Source: Camelus dromedarius (Eukaryota). Taken from it: a stretch of 64,000 nt of DNA. The position numbers were made by a program, and so were the translations under genes. Numbering within the stretch: the first letter of the stretch is position 1; the number at the start of each line of letters is the position of its first letter. Where the stretch lies: NCBI RefSeq assembly GCF_036321535.1, contig NC_087437.1, positions 92,072,001 through 92,136,000 on the forward strand, in the 5' to 3' direction. Under the pieces are notes generated by a model. That model ran no database searches. It was not told the DNA's origin and was given only the letters and a program-made list of their open reading frames with translations. Shown piece after piece: positions 26,101 to 39,449 of the stretch.

Positions 26101-29100
26101 ATAGGTCAATTATTTAAAAAAAAATCTAGACTCTAAAATTAAGAAAAAAGGATAACAATTTTATATTTACTTCATCAAAAATTTACGATTACAGATGATA
26201 AAGAAACTTACCAGAATAGTTATAAAGAATAGACTATATGGATTTAACGTATGTATCTTTTCCATTCTTGCTCAAGAATGCAGCTATTTATACCCAAGCA
26301 ATTTCATCAAGTAGTTCATATGGCTAAATGTTTTTAATCATTTAGTTCTCTTGTTTGGGCATAAAAATTATACAATAAATTCTTAACTGGCACTCATTAA
26401 TGGTAATAGAGTTTGAGATACAGGAATAAAAACAGCTTAGAAAGCAAATATTTTCACCTGAACAAGGGAAAAAAGTATTATTTTTTCCCCCAGAAACTTA
26501 TCCTAAGTTTCTAAGGACAATAATACTGTGCTTGAACTTTTGAGTAATTTCCTGTTCAGAGAAAAGCATAATTCTCTTCATCCTAGATATATACGTAAGA
26601 AAATCAGCTGGTGGCATTTTAGGCAAGTAAAGTGACTAGGAGGAGGAATCACAGAGTGGCTATTCAGAAGGAACAGAGTCTCAGTGAAAAGAGTCTGCAC
26701 CTAGAACTGAGATAATTCCTCTCTTTCCCAAAGAAATAATAGAGAAATTTGACTTTTGAAAAGGGAGAGGATCAATACCTGGATTAGAACTTATATTATA
26801 ATCATATCTAGACAATCACTTTGTTTATATCATTATTTTACAGAAATGATATTGGTATCATTTATGTTAGTTGAATTCCCAATGCTAATTTAGAAGAACA
26901 TCTAACCCATAATTCCAGTTTCATCACTGTGCATCATGGGAGTTTGGTGTCTCACCTTTGAGGTGTGGTTTCTGGTTTAGTCAGCATTACCACAGGGTTC
27001 TCATTAGGAGCAAATGAGACAAGGGAGGTATATATACCTTGAAAACTATAACAGGAATAGTTGAAGGAATATACTGTAGTATTACATCATGCTCTCTGGA
27101 GAGATATCAATGGTTTGAAATTTCAGTAGAATCTAAACCTTGATCATTATACTTCCCCTTATTGCTGTTTTTATTAGCATTTAATTGTTCCATTTATTGG
27201 CATAACTCCTTTCATTTTGTGTAAAAATATTCAATCTAGATCAGAATTGAATTCTATTAGAATTTTTATGATCTTTTCTTTCTTATCATTAATCATTAAT
27301 GTTCAACACATTCTAGTTAGTCTAATTAACATAATTCCACATAATTACAGGTGTGGAACTGACACAAGTTATTTCCAAGTTACTTTACTCATAACATATC
27401 AAAGGAAATTCTAAAATAATGTCATATCTCAATTTAAATATAAGAAAACTTGAATTTTTAAGCTGATTTTTTGATGATATATTTTTCTTATAGTCAAGAA
27501 ACTGAAACACTCATTTTACATATGAAAATAAATATTAAATAGTTTTTCTCAAATTTTAATTAGTCAATTTTTATATAAGACATAAGGAAAATAACTTCTC
27601 TTCTAGTCATCCAGATACAATTTTTTTCCCACAAATATATACAGCATTTTGTCTGTCAGTTAAAATTTCAAAGTATAAGGTCATATCATAAATGGCTTAG
27701 TGCAACCTACTGCAATTCCATTCGCGCTCTGATATTTGGGAGGAATTGAATGGGGATTTCCAATGGTAATCATTCTTTCAAACCATTATGTCCAGACCAT
27801 TAAATGAAAGAAAAGAAAAAAGAAAAAGAGACAATTGCAACTTTGTAGACATGGTACAGACTGGAAAAGAAAAAACCAAAAGGTTATTTGCTGATTTTAT
27901 TTTAGGCTAACGATACTTGTTTATATTAATGGACTGAAAGCATTATAGTCTTTTTTAAAAGGTTTTCTCCCTGAAATAGCCCATCACCCAAAAAGAAACA
28001 ATGCACCAAGTAACTTAATTATAAAATGTCAAAGCTTAAGAGCAAGCTTTCACAAAGCACCATTATGAGATTTCAATAGCACTGAGACCTGCTCAGGTTA
28101 ACCTGCCAACTATGTCCTATTTGCAAGTAAAATTTGCCCTCTTTCCTAATCAACTGCTCTAGAGCTGATTATTTCCCATTTATTTAATGTTATCTGCCAG
28201 GCCTCCCAAATGTTTTAGTCCTTATTTTAGGACCATCTCAGACTCATTAGCCTTTTGCCTGACAGTGCCAATGTGACTGTCTGACAGCCTGAAACTTGGA
28301 GATGTTATGCCACTGAGTGTCAAGATCTTTCCAGGAAAAATTGTTTTTAAAAAATGAACATATATTTAAATAATGCAGAAAGGTAAAAAGCCAAATATTT
28401 TAAATTATGTCTGATATGCCAGAATATTATTTTTTTCAAATGCAATGAGAATAAAATGATGTTTGTTTTCCATGATTCTGGAAGCAGTATCCCTTCTGAA
28501 ATTTTTCATCACCAAGTGTTTCTTTTGCAATAAGTTATATGTTACAAATAGTTTGTAGAATTACTTATCTTTGATTATAATTAATTATATTTGATTATAT
28601 TTAGTTAAACATTAAAATACTATATTTGATCTTTGCCAAATAGAATAAAATAATAGCACTCTTACATGGTTTAATTTATTATAGAAAAGGTCCTGTATTA
28701 TGGAAACACATTTTTCACATTTATAGATACATTTTAAGTTCACAAGGTCCAATTTAAATTTCCTATTTGCTAACTAAAGATTTTACATTTCTCAAAGAAT
28801 CAAAAGAAATCCATCAGTGTTTAAACTAACCAGAACTAAACTAGTACAACAGGAAAAAAGGAGGGCTTCTCTGGCTAATTGTGAAAACATACTAAGTAAC
28901 AAAATATTAATTTTAATAATGATCCAAGCCTGTAGAAATTAGTGATATGTTTACTTCTTTTAGATTAAGTTTTCATGTTATTTTGGGTGCCACCAGTATT
29001 TAGCTTTGATTGGTAATCTAAATTGGCCAGATCATCTTAGGGAAAACCTAAACCTTCCAACTATACTCTGATCTAGAGGAAAACAAAACAACTGAAGGAA

Positions 29101-29203
29101 GATAATAAGAATCTAATGTCATAAATCCATGTTAAAGGACCATAAAAAGCCCACTGTCTTATAACTTTGTGCCAGGTATTTGAACACAATTATGTAAAGG
29201 TTG

Positions 29204-29828
29204 TGTTCAGTAAAGAACCTATCAGAGGTCACACAGGTAATCCTGACAACTGAAACAAGAACCAGGTGTTCCCAAAGCCTTGGATTTCTCCTTTATTTCA
29301 CTGTTTACTCAAAATCCTATTGTGTGCATCTGTCCAGTCTTTAGCTAAACTACTCCCTGGTCATGTCCATTTTGTTTAACCAATGGCCTTGTAGGGATCG
29401 TAGCCTGACTCTAGCCCCCTCATGCAAGCTAATGCCCTAGATGCAAATATAAGCTTCTGAGATGACTTCCCCCACAGCCCTTTTGGTCAACAGTGTCTCC
29501 TGCCTCCCAGAACCTACATGCCCTATGTGCCCTTTAGATAAGGCCCTTGCAGGATTTACCAAAACCCCACTCTTTTGGTTTGAATTGACCAATCAGACCA
29601 CAGCCAAGGAACCCTAATGCCCTCATCTACTGGATACTAATAAAGACTTATGTCGCCAGTCCTGTCTGCATTCTGCCTTGACCTTGCTGTGTGGCCCCTC
29701 AAGGCATGCCAATTAATTCTTCCAGAACTTAAGAACTGTGAGTTAAATAAACTTCTCTATTTCAATCTCTCTTTTGGTCTTCTGATGAACTGTGGTTTAC
29801 CATCTGACACCCTGTGCTCCACTCAACA
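29204..29828 (+). mobile_element. ERVL-type solo LTR (MER54/MER73/MER88/LTR53-like group)
   Basis: TG...CA termini ('tgttcagtaaagaacct' ... 'ctccactcaaca'), CCAAT boxes, AATAAA at about 29639 and 29746, locally GC-richer. Confidence 0.65.
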
Positions 29829-31727
29829 AATGTTAATAAAGTCATAACAGCATCCTATTATTATTATTATACATAAAAGGGGAAAATAAAAACTCAACTA
29901 ACCTGACAACAACTATTTATATAAACATAATTAAAATCATTTCAAACACAGGACACAAAAAGCACTTTACATATTAGATTGTGAATTCCCAAGATTCATT
30001 TTATAAGGCTTTTCAAATGAAGCTTACTTATACTCTTATCTTTAGTGTATTAGTTAAATAAATTTAGACTAAGATTTTTGCTTGCTGTATAAATTGTAGA
30101 TCATGTGCCAATGACCTATCAGTATATAATTTCAGTAACTAGATAAAAGTCACTGGTTAAATCATGTTCCCAAAAAATCACTTTATATAGGGAAATAAAT
30201 TTCAAATGGAAAACTTATGAATTATCAGCTAACTAGAACAAAAATAAATCTTCATACACAACAAGGAGACAAAGCAACACTAGTATAAATTCAAGATGCC
30301 ATAGTTAACAGTGTTAAAAGCTTATAAGAGAATGATCCCGAAACAGCTGTTCCAATATGGTTCCAAGATGGCTGACACGTAAATGTCACCATACACCACG
30401 GAGAACACTTTTGTGATCTTTAACAGCAGAGAAGTTAAACTTTAACTTATGAATGAGATAAAATGCTAAAATAGGTAAAACAAGCTTAAGGAAATGAAGA
30501 AAGTAGTCAAGGTTACTATCAAAAGTTTTTAAACAATAAAACTCATCACCGATTTGAAACAAAGTAGTTCATAAATGGAGTATGAACAAGTGAAAAATGT
30601 CAACATATTTCAAACGGTTTTCAATACACACATGTATGTATATTCATCTATTCATGTATATAGATATCTGCATATTACTATCTATCTATATAAATCTGTA
30701 TCTGTATATTTATATATAATCTATAAACTAAAGTGGAAGATAACGATCAAAACTCATTTTAAAGACTGATCAATACCCAAGAATCCTTCTAAGAGAAAGC
30801 CATCCAATGCCATTCAACACATACATGGATTGCACAAACATAAATCAGTGTTATATAAGTAGTTTTGGCAATATATTATATTTACAGCATCTAAACTATA
30901 AAACTACCCAAAAAAGTCACAGACCTCAACTTTAACATGTTTCAGAGGCAATAATCCAGAGAAATTGGCTCCTGCATTATAGACTCTTAAAAATATGGCC
31001 GTTTTTCTACAAGTTTTTTGCATTCTATTTCATTTTCCTTTCCCCTCACGTTTCATGCCGTTGTTTAGAATTGTGTCATGGTTTTATTTTCCTTATGTGA
31101 AAATTATATACCAATTCAGGGTTGGTTTTTTGGTGTCCCCTGTCCTTCATCCTGTCTTTTGGAAAGGAAAAGAAGCTGGACTTATGTTATAAGGTCAGGA
31201 GGGGTGAAAAAAGGCTATGGCCAAACTGACCTTTCTGCTCTCTGCATAGGCATTACGGAGGGGCTTACAGCAAGTTCAGCCTAGAGAGCTGTGACCACCC
31301 TGCTCTCACACTGAGAACAAAGACACCTTCACAGTATGCAGAAAACTTCTGCCACTCTTCCTTCCCTTCCCTGTGGGGAGAAACCTCTCTAGTGAGCCTT
31401 CTGAACATGACCTTCCAGCATGACAAGACAATCTTCAGGATACCATGCTGCTCAGATGGCTAAAGCCACTGCTTCACACTGTTTGGAATTTCACCCTTTG
31501 ACATACTACATTATCTTTATAGTTTAGAAATTCCATCTTACAAGGGTCTTGGCTTTCTTCAAATTAGTTAAAGTTATGTCTTTTGCCTTTCTTAACTTTA
31601 GTGGTAGCCAAAATATTTCACATCTCAGCAGCATGGTTCTCAACCTACTTGCGCATAAGAAGGTATATGACTGTGGCAAATAACATATTTCCTTATCCTT
31701 CTTCCCTTATCACTTACTTGAATTCTT

Positions 31728-32515
31728 TTTTTTTTTTAACATTTTTTATTGATTTATAATCATTTTACAATGTTGTGTCAAATTCCAGTGTTCAGCACAA
31801 TTTTTCAGTCATTCATGGACATATACACACTCATTGTCACATTTTTTTCTCTCTGAGTTATCATAACATTTTGTGTATATTTCCCTGTGCTATACAGTGT
31901 AGTCTATTCTACAATTTTGAGATCCCAGTCTATCCCTTCCCACCCTCCACCCCCCTGGCAACCACAAGTCTATATTCTCTGTCTGTGAGTCTATTTCTGT
32001 CCTGTATTTACGCTTTGTTTTTGTTTGTTTGTTTTTGTTTCTGTTTTTTAGATTCCACATATGAGCGATCTCATATGGTATTTTTCTTTCTCTTTCTGGC
32101 TTACACCATATACAAAAATCAACTCAAAATGGATTAAAGTCTTAAACATAAGACAAGATACAATAAACCTCCTAGAGGAAAACATAGGCAAAACATTATC
32201 TGACATACATTTCAAAAATTTTCTCCTAGAAGAAATAAAAGCAAGAATAAACAAATGGGACCTAATGAAACTTACAAGCTTCTGCACAGCAAAGGAAACC
32301 AGAAGTAAAACAAGAAGAAAACCTACGGAATGGGAGAAAATTTTTGCAAGTGAAACCGACAAAGGCTTGATCTCCAGAATATATAAGCAGCTCATACGAC
32401 TCAGTAAGAAAAAAATAAACAACCCAATCCAAAAATGGGCAGAAGACCTAAACAAGCAATTCTCCAAGGAAGACATACAAATGATCAAAAAGCACATGAA
32501 AAAATGCTCAATATC
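31728..32515 (-). mobile_element. Young L1 with 5' inversion (twin priming) and 12-bp TSD
   Basis: 31728-32104 is the L1 3' UTR/polyA on the minus strand. 32102-32518 is an ORF2 piece on the plus strand ([12 protein letters not shown]...KHMKKCSIS). TSD ACTTGAATTCTT at 31716-31727 and 32516-32527, which reads TTTT|AAGA on the minus strand. Confidence 0.97.
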
Positions 32516-32994
32516 ACTTGAATTCTTAAAATGAAAAAAATGCTATTAAAAAGACTTCTGATTCCAATGCAGATGGAGTAATAAGGGTCATATTTACGCT
32601 TCTTCCTATAACAAACAAAAACAGAAACAATAAAAGAGACAAAACTATATCATTCAGTGGTTTTCAAAACAATGGCCATCAAGCAACAAAAGACATTAAA
32701 TCCTTGGATACTAGAGAGAAGTGAAGTAGTCTTAATATTAATTTCTGTCTCGGGAGAGTTTTAGAAATGGCACCAGGAAAAGGTGCCTAAGCAAAATCAG
32801 AGATCATAGTATTTGAAGAGAGAGAGTTAAGGGTGCAGCAAACTGAAGTAGAGTTTCAAGACAGAGTACCAATTATTAAAAAGTGGTACAGGGAAAGAGA
32901 TCCAGAAAACTGCAGACATCCAGCAGAATATACCTCTTGAGTATTCAGCAGAATGTTGATCATTGTATTGCATATAATAAAATTACCTAAAACA

Positions 32995-35600
32995 TAATTA
33001 TGACTATTTATATCTCCCAGATAATCATGTTGAAATTTAATCCCCAATGTCATGATGGCATCCTTTTAAGAGATGGCACCTTTGGGGGGTAATTAGGCCA
33101 TGAAGGTGGAGTCCTCATGAATGGGATTAGTGTTCCCATAAGAAGAGACCAGAGAGCTAACTTGCTCTTTTCCCTCCATGTAAGAATATAAAAATCTGTA
33201 GTCTTCAACCTGGAAGGCAGTCCTCACCAAAATCATATCATTCCAGCACTCTGCTTTTGGACTTCCAGTCTCCAGAACTGTAAGAAATAAATGTCTGTTG
33301 CTTAAGCCATCCAGACTATGGTAATTTGTTACTGCAGTTCAAACTACCTAAGACAAAAATTGATAATGAGAAGTGGGGTGTTGATGTAACAAATACTTAA
33401 AAATGTGGAAGCACTATTCCAGCCATAAAAAACGACAACATAACGCCATTTGCAGCAACATGGATGTTCCTGGGGAATGTCATTCTAAGTGAAGTAAGCC
33501 AGAAAGAGAAAGAAAAATACCATATGAGACCGCTCATATGTGGAATCTTAAAAAAAAAAAAAGAACATAAATACAAAACAGAAACGATTCATAGACATAT
33601 AGACAGAATACAAACTTGTGGTTGCCAAGGGGGAGGGGTGGGAAGGGATAGACTGGGAGTTCAAAATTTGTAGATACTGACAGGCATATTGCAGAATAGA
33701 TAAACAAGATTATACTGTGTAGCACGGGGAAAAATATATACAAGATCTTGTGATAGCTCACAGCGAAAAAAAATGTGACAATGAATATATGTATGTTCAT
33801 GTATAACTGAAAAATTGTGCTCTACACTGGAATTTGATACAATATTGTAAAATGACTATAACTCAATAAAAAAATGTTAAAAAAAGAAAAGAAAAAATGT
33901 GGAAGCAGCTCTGGAACTGGGTAGTGGCAAGAGGTTAGAAGAGTATTGAAAAGCAGGTAGAAGAAGCCAAGATAGGTGTGCAAGGATTTTTAAAGGCAAA
34001 CCTACTGAAGTCTCAGAAATCTAAAGAAAGTTTTGTTTTCTTAGAGAATATAGAAATAATCATGTACAGTGTGCTGGTAGAAATGTGGACAGTAAAGGCC
34101 ATTTTAGTGAGGTCTCAGGCAGAAATGAGGAACTGTTACTGGACAACAAAAAACAGATGATCCTTATTATACAGTGGCAAAAAATTGGTCAAACTGGATT
34201 CCTGTTCTAGTGTTTTGTGGAAGGGAAGACTCACAAGCAATGGGACCAGACATATAGGCCAGGAGAATACTTGTAAAGGAGCACTTTGTCCTCCTGACTG
34301 CTTAGAGTAAAATGTAAGAGTAGAGAGAAATGACTTGAAGATTGAATTATTAAGCAAAAAGGAACTAGAAATTAAATTTGGAAAATTCTCAGCCCATCCA
34401 TATTGCTTAAAAATGAGAAAGCATGTTCAGAAGAGAATACTAAGTGTATAGCTAAGTAGCCACTGGATAAGGAGACTAGCATGCATATGAACCCTGGACT
34501 TAATCAACTACCCCAACAAGAAAACTGCAGTTTGAACTGAAGAAGAAGGAGACAGGACAGACTTAAGAAAGATTGTCAGGCTTTATAGATTTACAGGATG
34601 GGATTATAAAGCTATTTGGCTGTGAACATCATCTATTTACTAACATAAAGGAAGGCGATTCAGAGATTATCAGGGCTGCTTCCTCAGTTTCAAAAGTGGG
34701 GGCCATTGCCTCATTTTCAGTAAGGCAGTCAACCTCCTCCCAAAGCCATGGGGGCTTGATCTCTGGCCTGCAGAACTGTTAGGCATGAACCTCTCCCACT
34801 CCCCTGTGGCAGCAGGACCACTACCCTAGTGAGCCTGAGGGGCAGAGCAATGAGCTGAAGAGTTTATAGCCAATACTTAAGATCTCATGCCTCACCAGGT
34901 TTTGGACTTGTTTGGGACTTACCATCATTTTCTTCTTCCCTTTTCCTCCCTTTGGAATGGGAATGCCTAACCTATTCCTGTCCCATTATTATATTTTAGA
35001 AGCATGTAACTTGTTTGGTTTTGCAAGTTGACAGCTGGGGAGAAATTCTGCCTTAGGATGAATCATACCTTGAGTCCCTCCCATGTCTCATTTAGATTAT
35101 ATTTAGGTGAGACTTTAGATTTTAGAGTTAATGCTGGAAAAAGTCAAGACTTTTGTGAGTGTTGGGATGGAATAAATGTAATTTTTATGAAAGAAGGACA
35201 TGAATTTTGGTGGTCAGGGGCAGAATGTTATGGGCTGAATGCTTATGTACCTTCAAAATTCATTTTTGAAATTTAATTCCCAATATGATGCTATTTATTA
35301 GGTGAAGCCTTTGAAAGGTAATTCAGTCATGATGGTAGAGTCCTCATGAATGAGATAAATGCCCTTATAAGAAGAGACCAGAGAACTAGCTTTCTCTCTT
35401 TCTGCCTTGTGAAAATACAAGGATAAATCTGCAATTTGCAGAGTGTAAAGGAGAGTTCTCACCAGAACCTGACCATGCTGACACCCTGATTTCACACTTC
35501 CAGCCTCCGAAACCATGAGAAACAAATTTCTGACTTTTTTTTTTTAATGAGCCACCCACTCTCTGCTACTTTTTTATTGCAGCTCAGGCTGACTAAGACA
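32995..35600 (+). mobile_element. Complete MaLR provirus, MLT1A-like: 5' LTR about 32995-33355, internal 33356-35225, 3' LTR 35226-35600
   Basis: Two similar LTRs both contain 'gtcctcatgaatg.gat.a.tg..c..ataagaagagaccagaga.cta.ctt' and both end 'ctaagaca'. The MLT-internal start is 'aaaattg..aatgagaagtggggtgttgatgtaacaaatac'. Purine-rich 'caggggcagaa' precedes the 3' LTR. Confidence 0.9.
33414..33892 (+). mobile_element. Young 5'-truncated L1 3' end inside the MLT1A internal region, 15-bp TSD
   Basis: ORF2 end ([16 protein letters not shown]), 3' UTR and A-tail. TSD AAAAATGTGGAAGCA at 33399-33413 and 33893-33907, preceded by TT (canonical TT/AAAA). Confidence 0.97.
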
Positions 35601-35881
35601 CAAGGAAAGAACTATCCAAAAGGTTTAAAGGGAACAGTGTCTGGCGCTCACAAAGGAAAGCTTCATAATTCACAAGATATTGGGAGAACTATCCAGAATG
35701 GTCTTGCCTCAGAAAGGGGTGTAATAACTAACCCTAGATTAAGTTCTCTTCTGGTCCCACTTAACAATTGCTAAAAGCAAGAAACAAAATAGTTAAGCAT
35801 AATTACATTTTAGAGCAAAGCTCAATAATAGGTGTAGAACTATAAAATATCCATCACAAAAAAAGTAAAATATACATCTAG

Positions 35882-36316
35882 TGTATTAGTTAAGGCTCTC
35901 CAGAGAAACAGAAAAGGATGTGTGTACATCTGTCTGTGTATCTATGTATGTATGTATCTATCAAGAGATTTTAAGGAACTGGCTCAAGTGATAGTAGATG
36001 GGCTTGGTAAATCCAAAATCTATAGGATAGGCTGGCAGTATGGAATTCTGCAGGCACTCCTTCCTGCAACTTGAATGAAAGGCATTTTCCTGGCAGAATT
36101 TCTTTTTGTTTGAGGGAAATCAGTGTTTGTTCTACTAAAGCCTTCAAATGATTGGATGAGACTCAGCCATGTAACAGGGTAATCTACTCAAAATCCATTC
36201 ATTTAAATGTTAACCTCACCCCCCAAAAATCTTCACAAAGACATTCAGAATAATGTATGTTCAAATATCTGGACACTGTTTCATAGCTAATTTGACACAT
36301 AAAATACACCTTTACA
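35882..36316 (-). mobile_element. ERVL MLT2 (MLT2B-like) solo LTR
   Basis: 'tgtattagttaaggctctccagagaaacagaa' ... 'tttgacacataaaat' is the reverse of the MLT2 termini. Confidence 0.9.
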
Positions 36317-39300
36317 TCAGGCACTCCATGAAAGGATATTCAGAACGCAAAGAAACAGGAAAATATGATCCCATAAGGCAGAAAAATTAATCAATTTAAA
36401 TCAATTCAAAACTGACACAGGCATTAAAGTCAACCATCAAGAACATTAAGAGTTGATGTATCTATTGTATATTTTTAAAAAGTAGATTTCTGAAACAATA
36501 ATAAAATTCATAAGCCTCTAGTTGGGCTAAGAAAAAAAGAGAGAGGAATCAAATTGCTAATATCAGAAAATGAGAGGTCACCATCACAGATCCCATGGAC
36601 ATTAAAAGAAGACAGGAATACTATGAAAAATTCTATGCTCATAAATTTGATAACACAGATGAAACAAATTCCTTGAAAGACACAATCCACCAAAACTCAC
36701 ACAAGAACAAATAGACACTATGAATATGAGTTATCCTTGATTCACTGAAGAAACTGAAGCAATAGTTAGTCACCTTCCAAAACAGAAAGCACCTTCCAAA
36801 ACCCATATGAGTTTATCAGTGAATTCTACCAACCATTTAGGAAGGAAATCACATCAATTCTCTACACTTTCTTTCAGAAGACAGAAACAGACTGAATTCT
36901 TCCCAATTCATTCAATGAGTCCAGAATAATTATAATACTAAAATAAAAAAAATACTTAACTAGAAAAGAAATATACAGACCAATATCTGTCATGAACATA
37001 GATGCAGAAATCCTGAACAAACTAGTAGGGAGTTGAATCTAACAGTAAATAAAAAGATTTATAAACCATGGCTGAGTGGGATTTATCCCAGATATGCAAG
37101 GCTCATTCAACATACAAAAATTAATGTATCCATCATATTAATAGTCTAAAAAAGAAAAATCACATGATCATATCACTAGACACAGAAAAAAGTATTTGAC
37201 AATATCCAACAACCATTCGTGATAAAATCTCACATAAACTAAGAATTAATGGAAACTACCTCAACTTGATTTAAAAAAATTCCAAAAAACTCACAGTTAA
37301 CTTAATACTTAAATGTGAGAAACTAGAAACTTTCCCACTAAGATCAGGAACAAGGCAAGTATATATTCTCTCAACACCACATTTCAACATTGTACTGGAA
37401 GTCCTAGGTTATGTAATAAGGCAAAGGAACACAATAAAGGTATACAGATTGGAAAGGAATAAATAAAACTATCTTTGTTTGCAGGTAGTGTGATTATCTA
37501 TGTAGAAAATCAGACAGAATTGACATAAACACTTCCAGAATAAGAAGCAATTATATCAAGGTTGAAGGACACAAAGTTAATAAACAAAATCAATTCTGTA
37601 CAGGTTGCTATAATGACAATTACAAACTCTGATGAACAAAATCAAATAACTAAATAAATAGAAAGATATTACATATTCAGGGGTAGAAAGACTCAATACT
37701 GTCAGAATGTCAGTTCTTCTCAACTTGATGCATAGATTCAATGCAATCCTAATCAAAATTACGACAAGTTATTTTATGGATATCTATAATTTTTCCCCTA
37801 AATTTTATATAAAGTGGAAAAAGACTCAGTATAGCCAAGATAATACTGAAGGAGATAGACAAATTTGGCAAAGAGACACTACCTGACTTTAAGATGGTAA
37901 AGCTACAGTTATCACAATAGTGTGGTACACAAATAGATCAGTGAAACAAAATAGAGAGTCCAGAAATAAACTTTCATAAATCTAGTCAATTCTAGAAGCA
38001 AAGGCAATACCATGGAGCAAAGAATGTATTTCCAACAAATTGTGCTTAACATCTGTATATTCACATGCAAAAGAAGTGTATCTAGACACGTCTTAAAGCC
38101 TTCATAAAAATTAACTCAAAATGGATGAAATGACTAAATGTAAAAGGCAAAACTATAAAACTCCTAGAATATAACATAGGAAAAAATCCTAAATGACCTT
38201 GTATATGGTGATAGCTTTTTAGATACCAAAAAAAAGGCATGTTCCATGAAAGAAATAATTGATAATCTGGACTTCATTAAAATAAAAAAATTTTGCTCTG
38301 TAAAAGATAATGACAAGGGAATGAAAAAATAAGCAACAGAATGAGAAAGTATTTGCAAAATATATACATATTATAAAGGACTATTATCTAAAACACACAA
38401 AGAGATCTTAAAAATCAAAAAATAGGAAAACAAATATCTGGATTAAAAATAGGCAAAAGATTTGAATAGACACCTGATCAAATAAGACATAAAAATGGCA
38501 AATAAGCATATGAAAAAATATATCATACATCATCAGGGAAATGCAAATTAAAACAAAGGTGAAAACCACTACATACCTGTTAGAATGACCAAAATTCCGA
38601 ACTCTGGCAACATCAAATGCTGATAAGGATGTGGAGCCAAAGGAACTCTCACTCCTTCCTGAAAATAATAAAAAAAAAATGGCACAGTCATTTTGAAAGA
38701 CCGTTTGACACTTCCTTACAAAATTAAACACAGTCTTAAACCATGTGGTCCTTCTTGGTATTTACCCAAAACAGTTGAAAGCTTATGTCCACACAAAAAA
38801 TGGCACAAGAATGTTTATGATGGCTTTATTCATAATTGCCCTTACTCAGAAGGTGTTTTCTGTAAGTGAATCGATAGATAAACTATGGTATGTCCAGACA
38901 ATGGAACCCTATTCAGAACTAAAAAGAGATGAGCTCTCAAGCCATGAAAAGACATGAAAGAACCTTAAGCACATATTGTTAAGTTCAAGAAGCCAATCTG
39001 AAAAGGCCGTGTACTACGTGATTCCAACTACAGGACATTCTGAAGAAGGTAAAACTGATGAGAAAGTAAAAAGATCAGTGGTTGTCACAGGTTGGAGCAA
39101 GGCAGGATGAATAGATGGAACACAAGATCTTTAGGTCACTGAAAATACTGTGTGATATTGTAATAATGGCTACATGTCATCATACAGTATTCCAACCCCA
39201 CAGAATGTACAGCACCAAGAATGAGCCCTCATGTAAACTATGGACTTTTTTTGATTATGCTGTGTTAGTGTAGGTTCAAAGTTATAACAAATGTAACTCT

Positions 39301-39449
39301 CTGGTGGGGGATGTTGAAAATGGGGCGAGCTATGCACATGTAGGGGCAGAGGCTATATGGGAAAACTCCGTAATTACCCCTCAATTTTGCTTTGAGCCTA
39401 AAACTACTGTAAAAAAATCATCTGAAATAAAAGTTACTCATATGCAGTC

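Larger units (their letters stand above)
32553..39432 (+). mobile_element. L1MC1-like element: 5' region, deleted and decayed ORF2 (about 36490-38960) and 3' UTR, hosting nested insertions
   Basis: The 5' region starts 'gacttctgattcc..agatggagtaa' and resumes at 35601 and 36317. RT-domain DNA includes 'agaccaatatctgtcatgaacatagatgcagaaatcctgaacaaa' and 'ctatctttgtttgcaggtagtgtgatt'. The 3' UTR 'atgtaaactatggacttt...ctcaattttgctttgagcctaaaactact' is typical of L1MC1. Confidence 0.85.

Noticed and set aside
30359..30376. GGTTCCAAGATGGCTGAC as a YY1 site or L1 5' start
   Set aside because: Isolated motif. The downstream sequence does not clearly continue as an L1 5' UTR.
32061..32534. 157-aa ORF as a host gene
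   Set aside because: It is an L1 ORF2 fragment fused to antisense L1 sequence at an inversion junction.
36771..36802. CACCTTCCAAAAC duplicated within L1 ORF2 (similar short tandem duplications at about 19118 and 43432)
   Set aside because: Ordinary local slippage duplications with no further structure.
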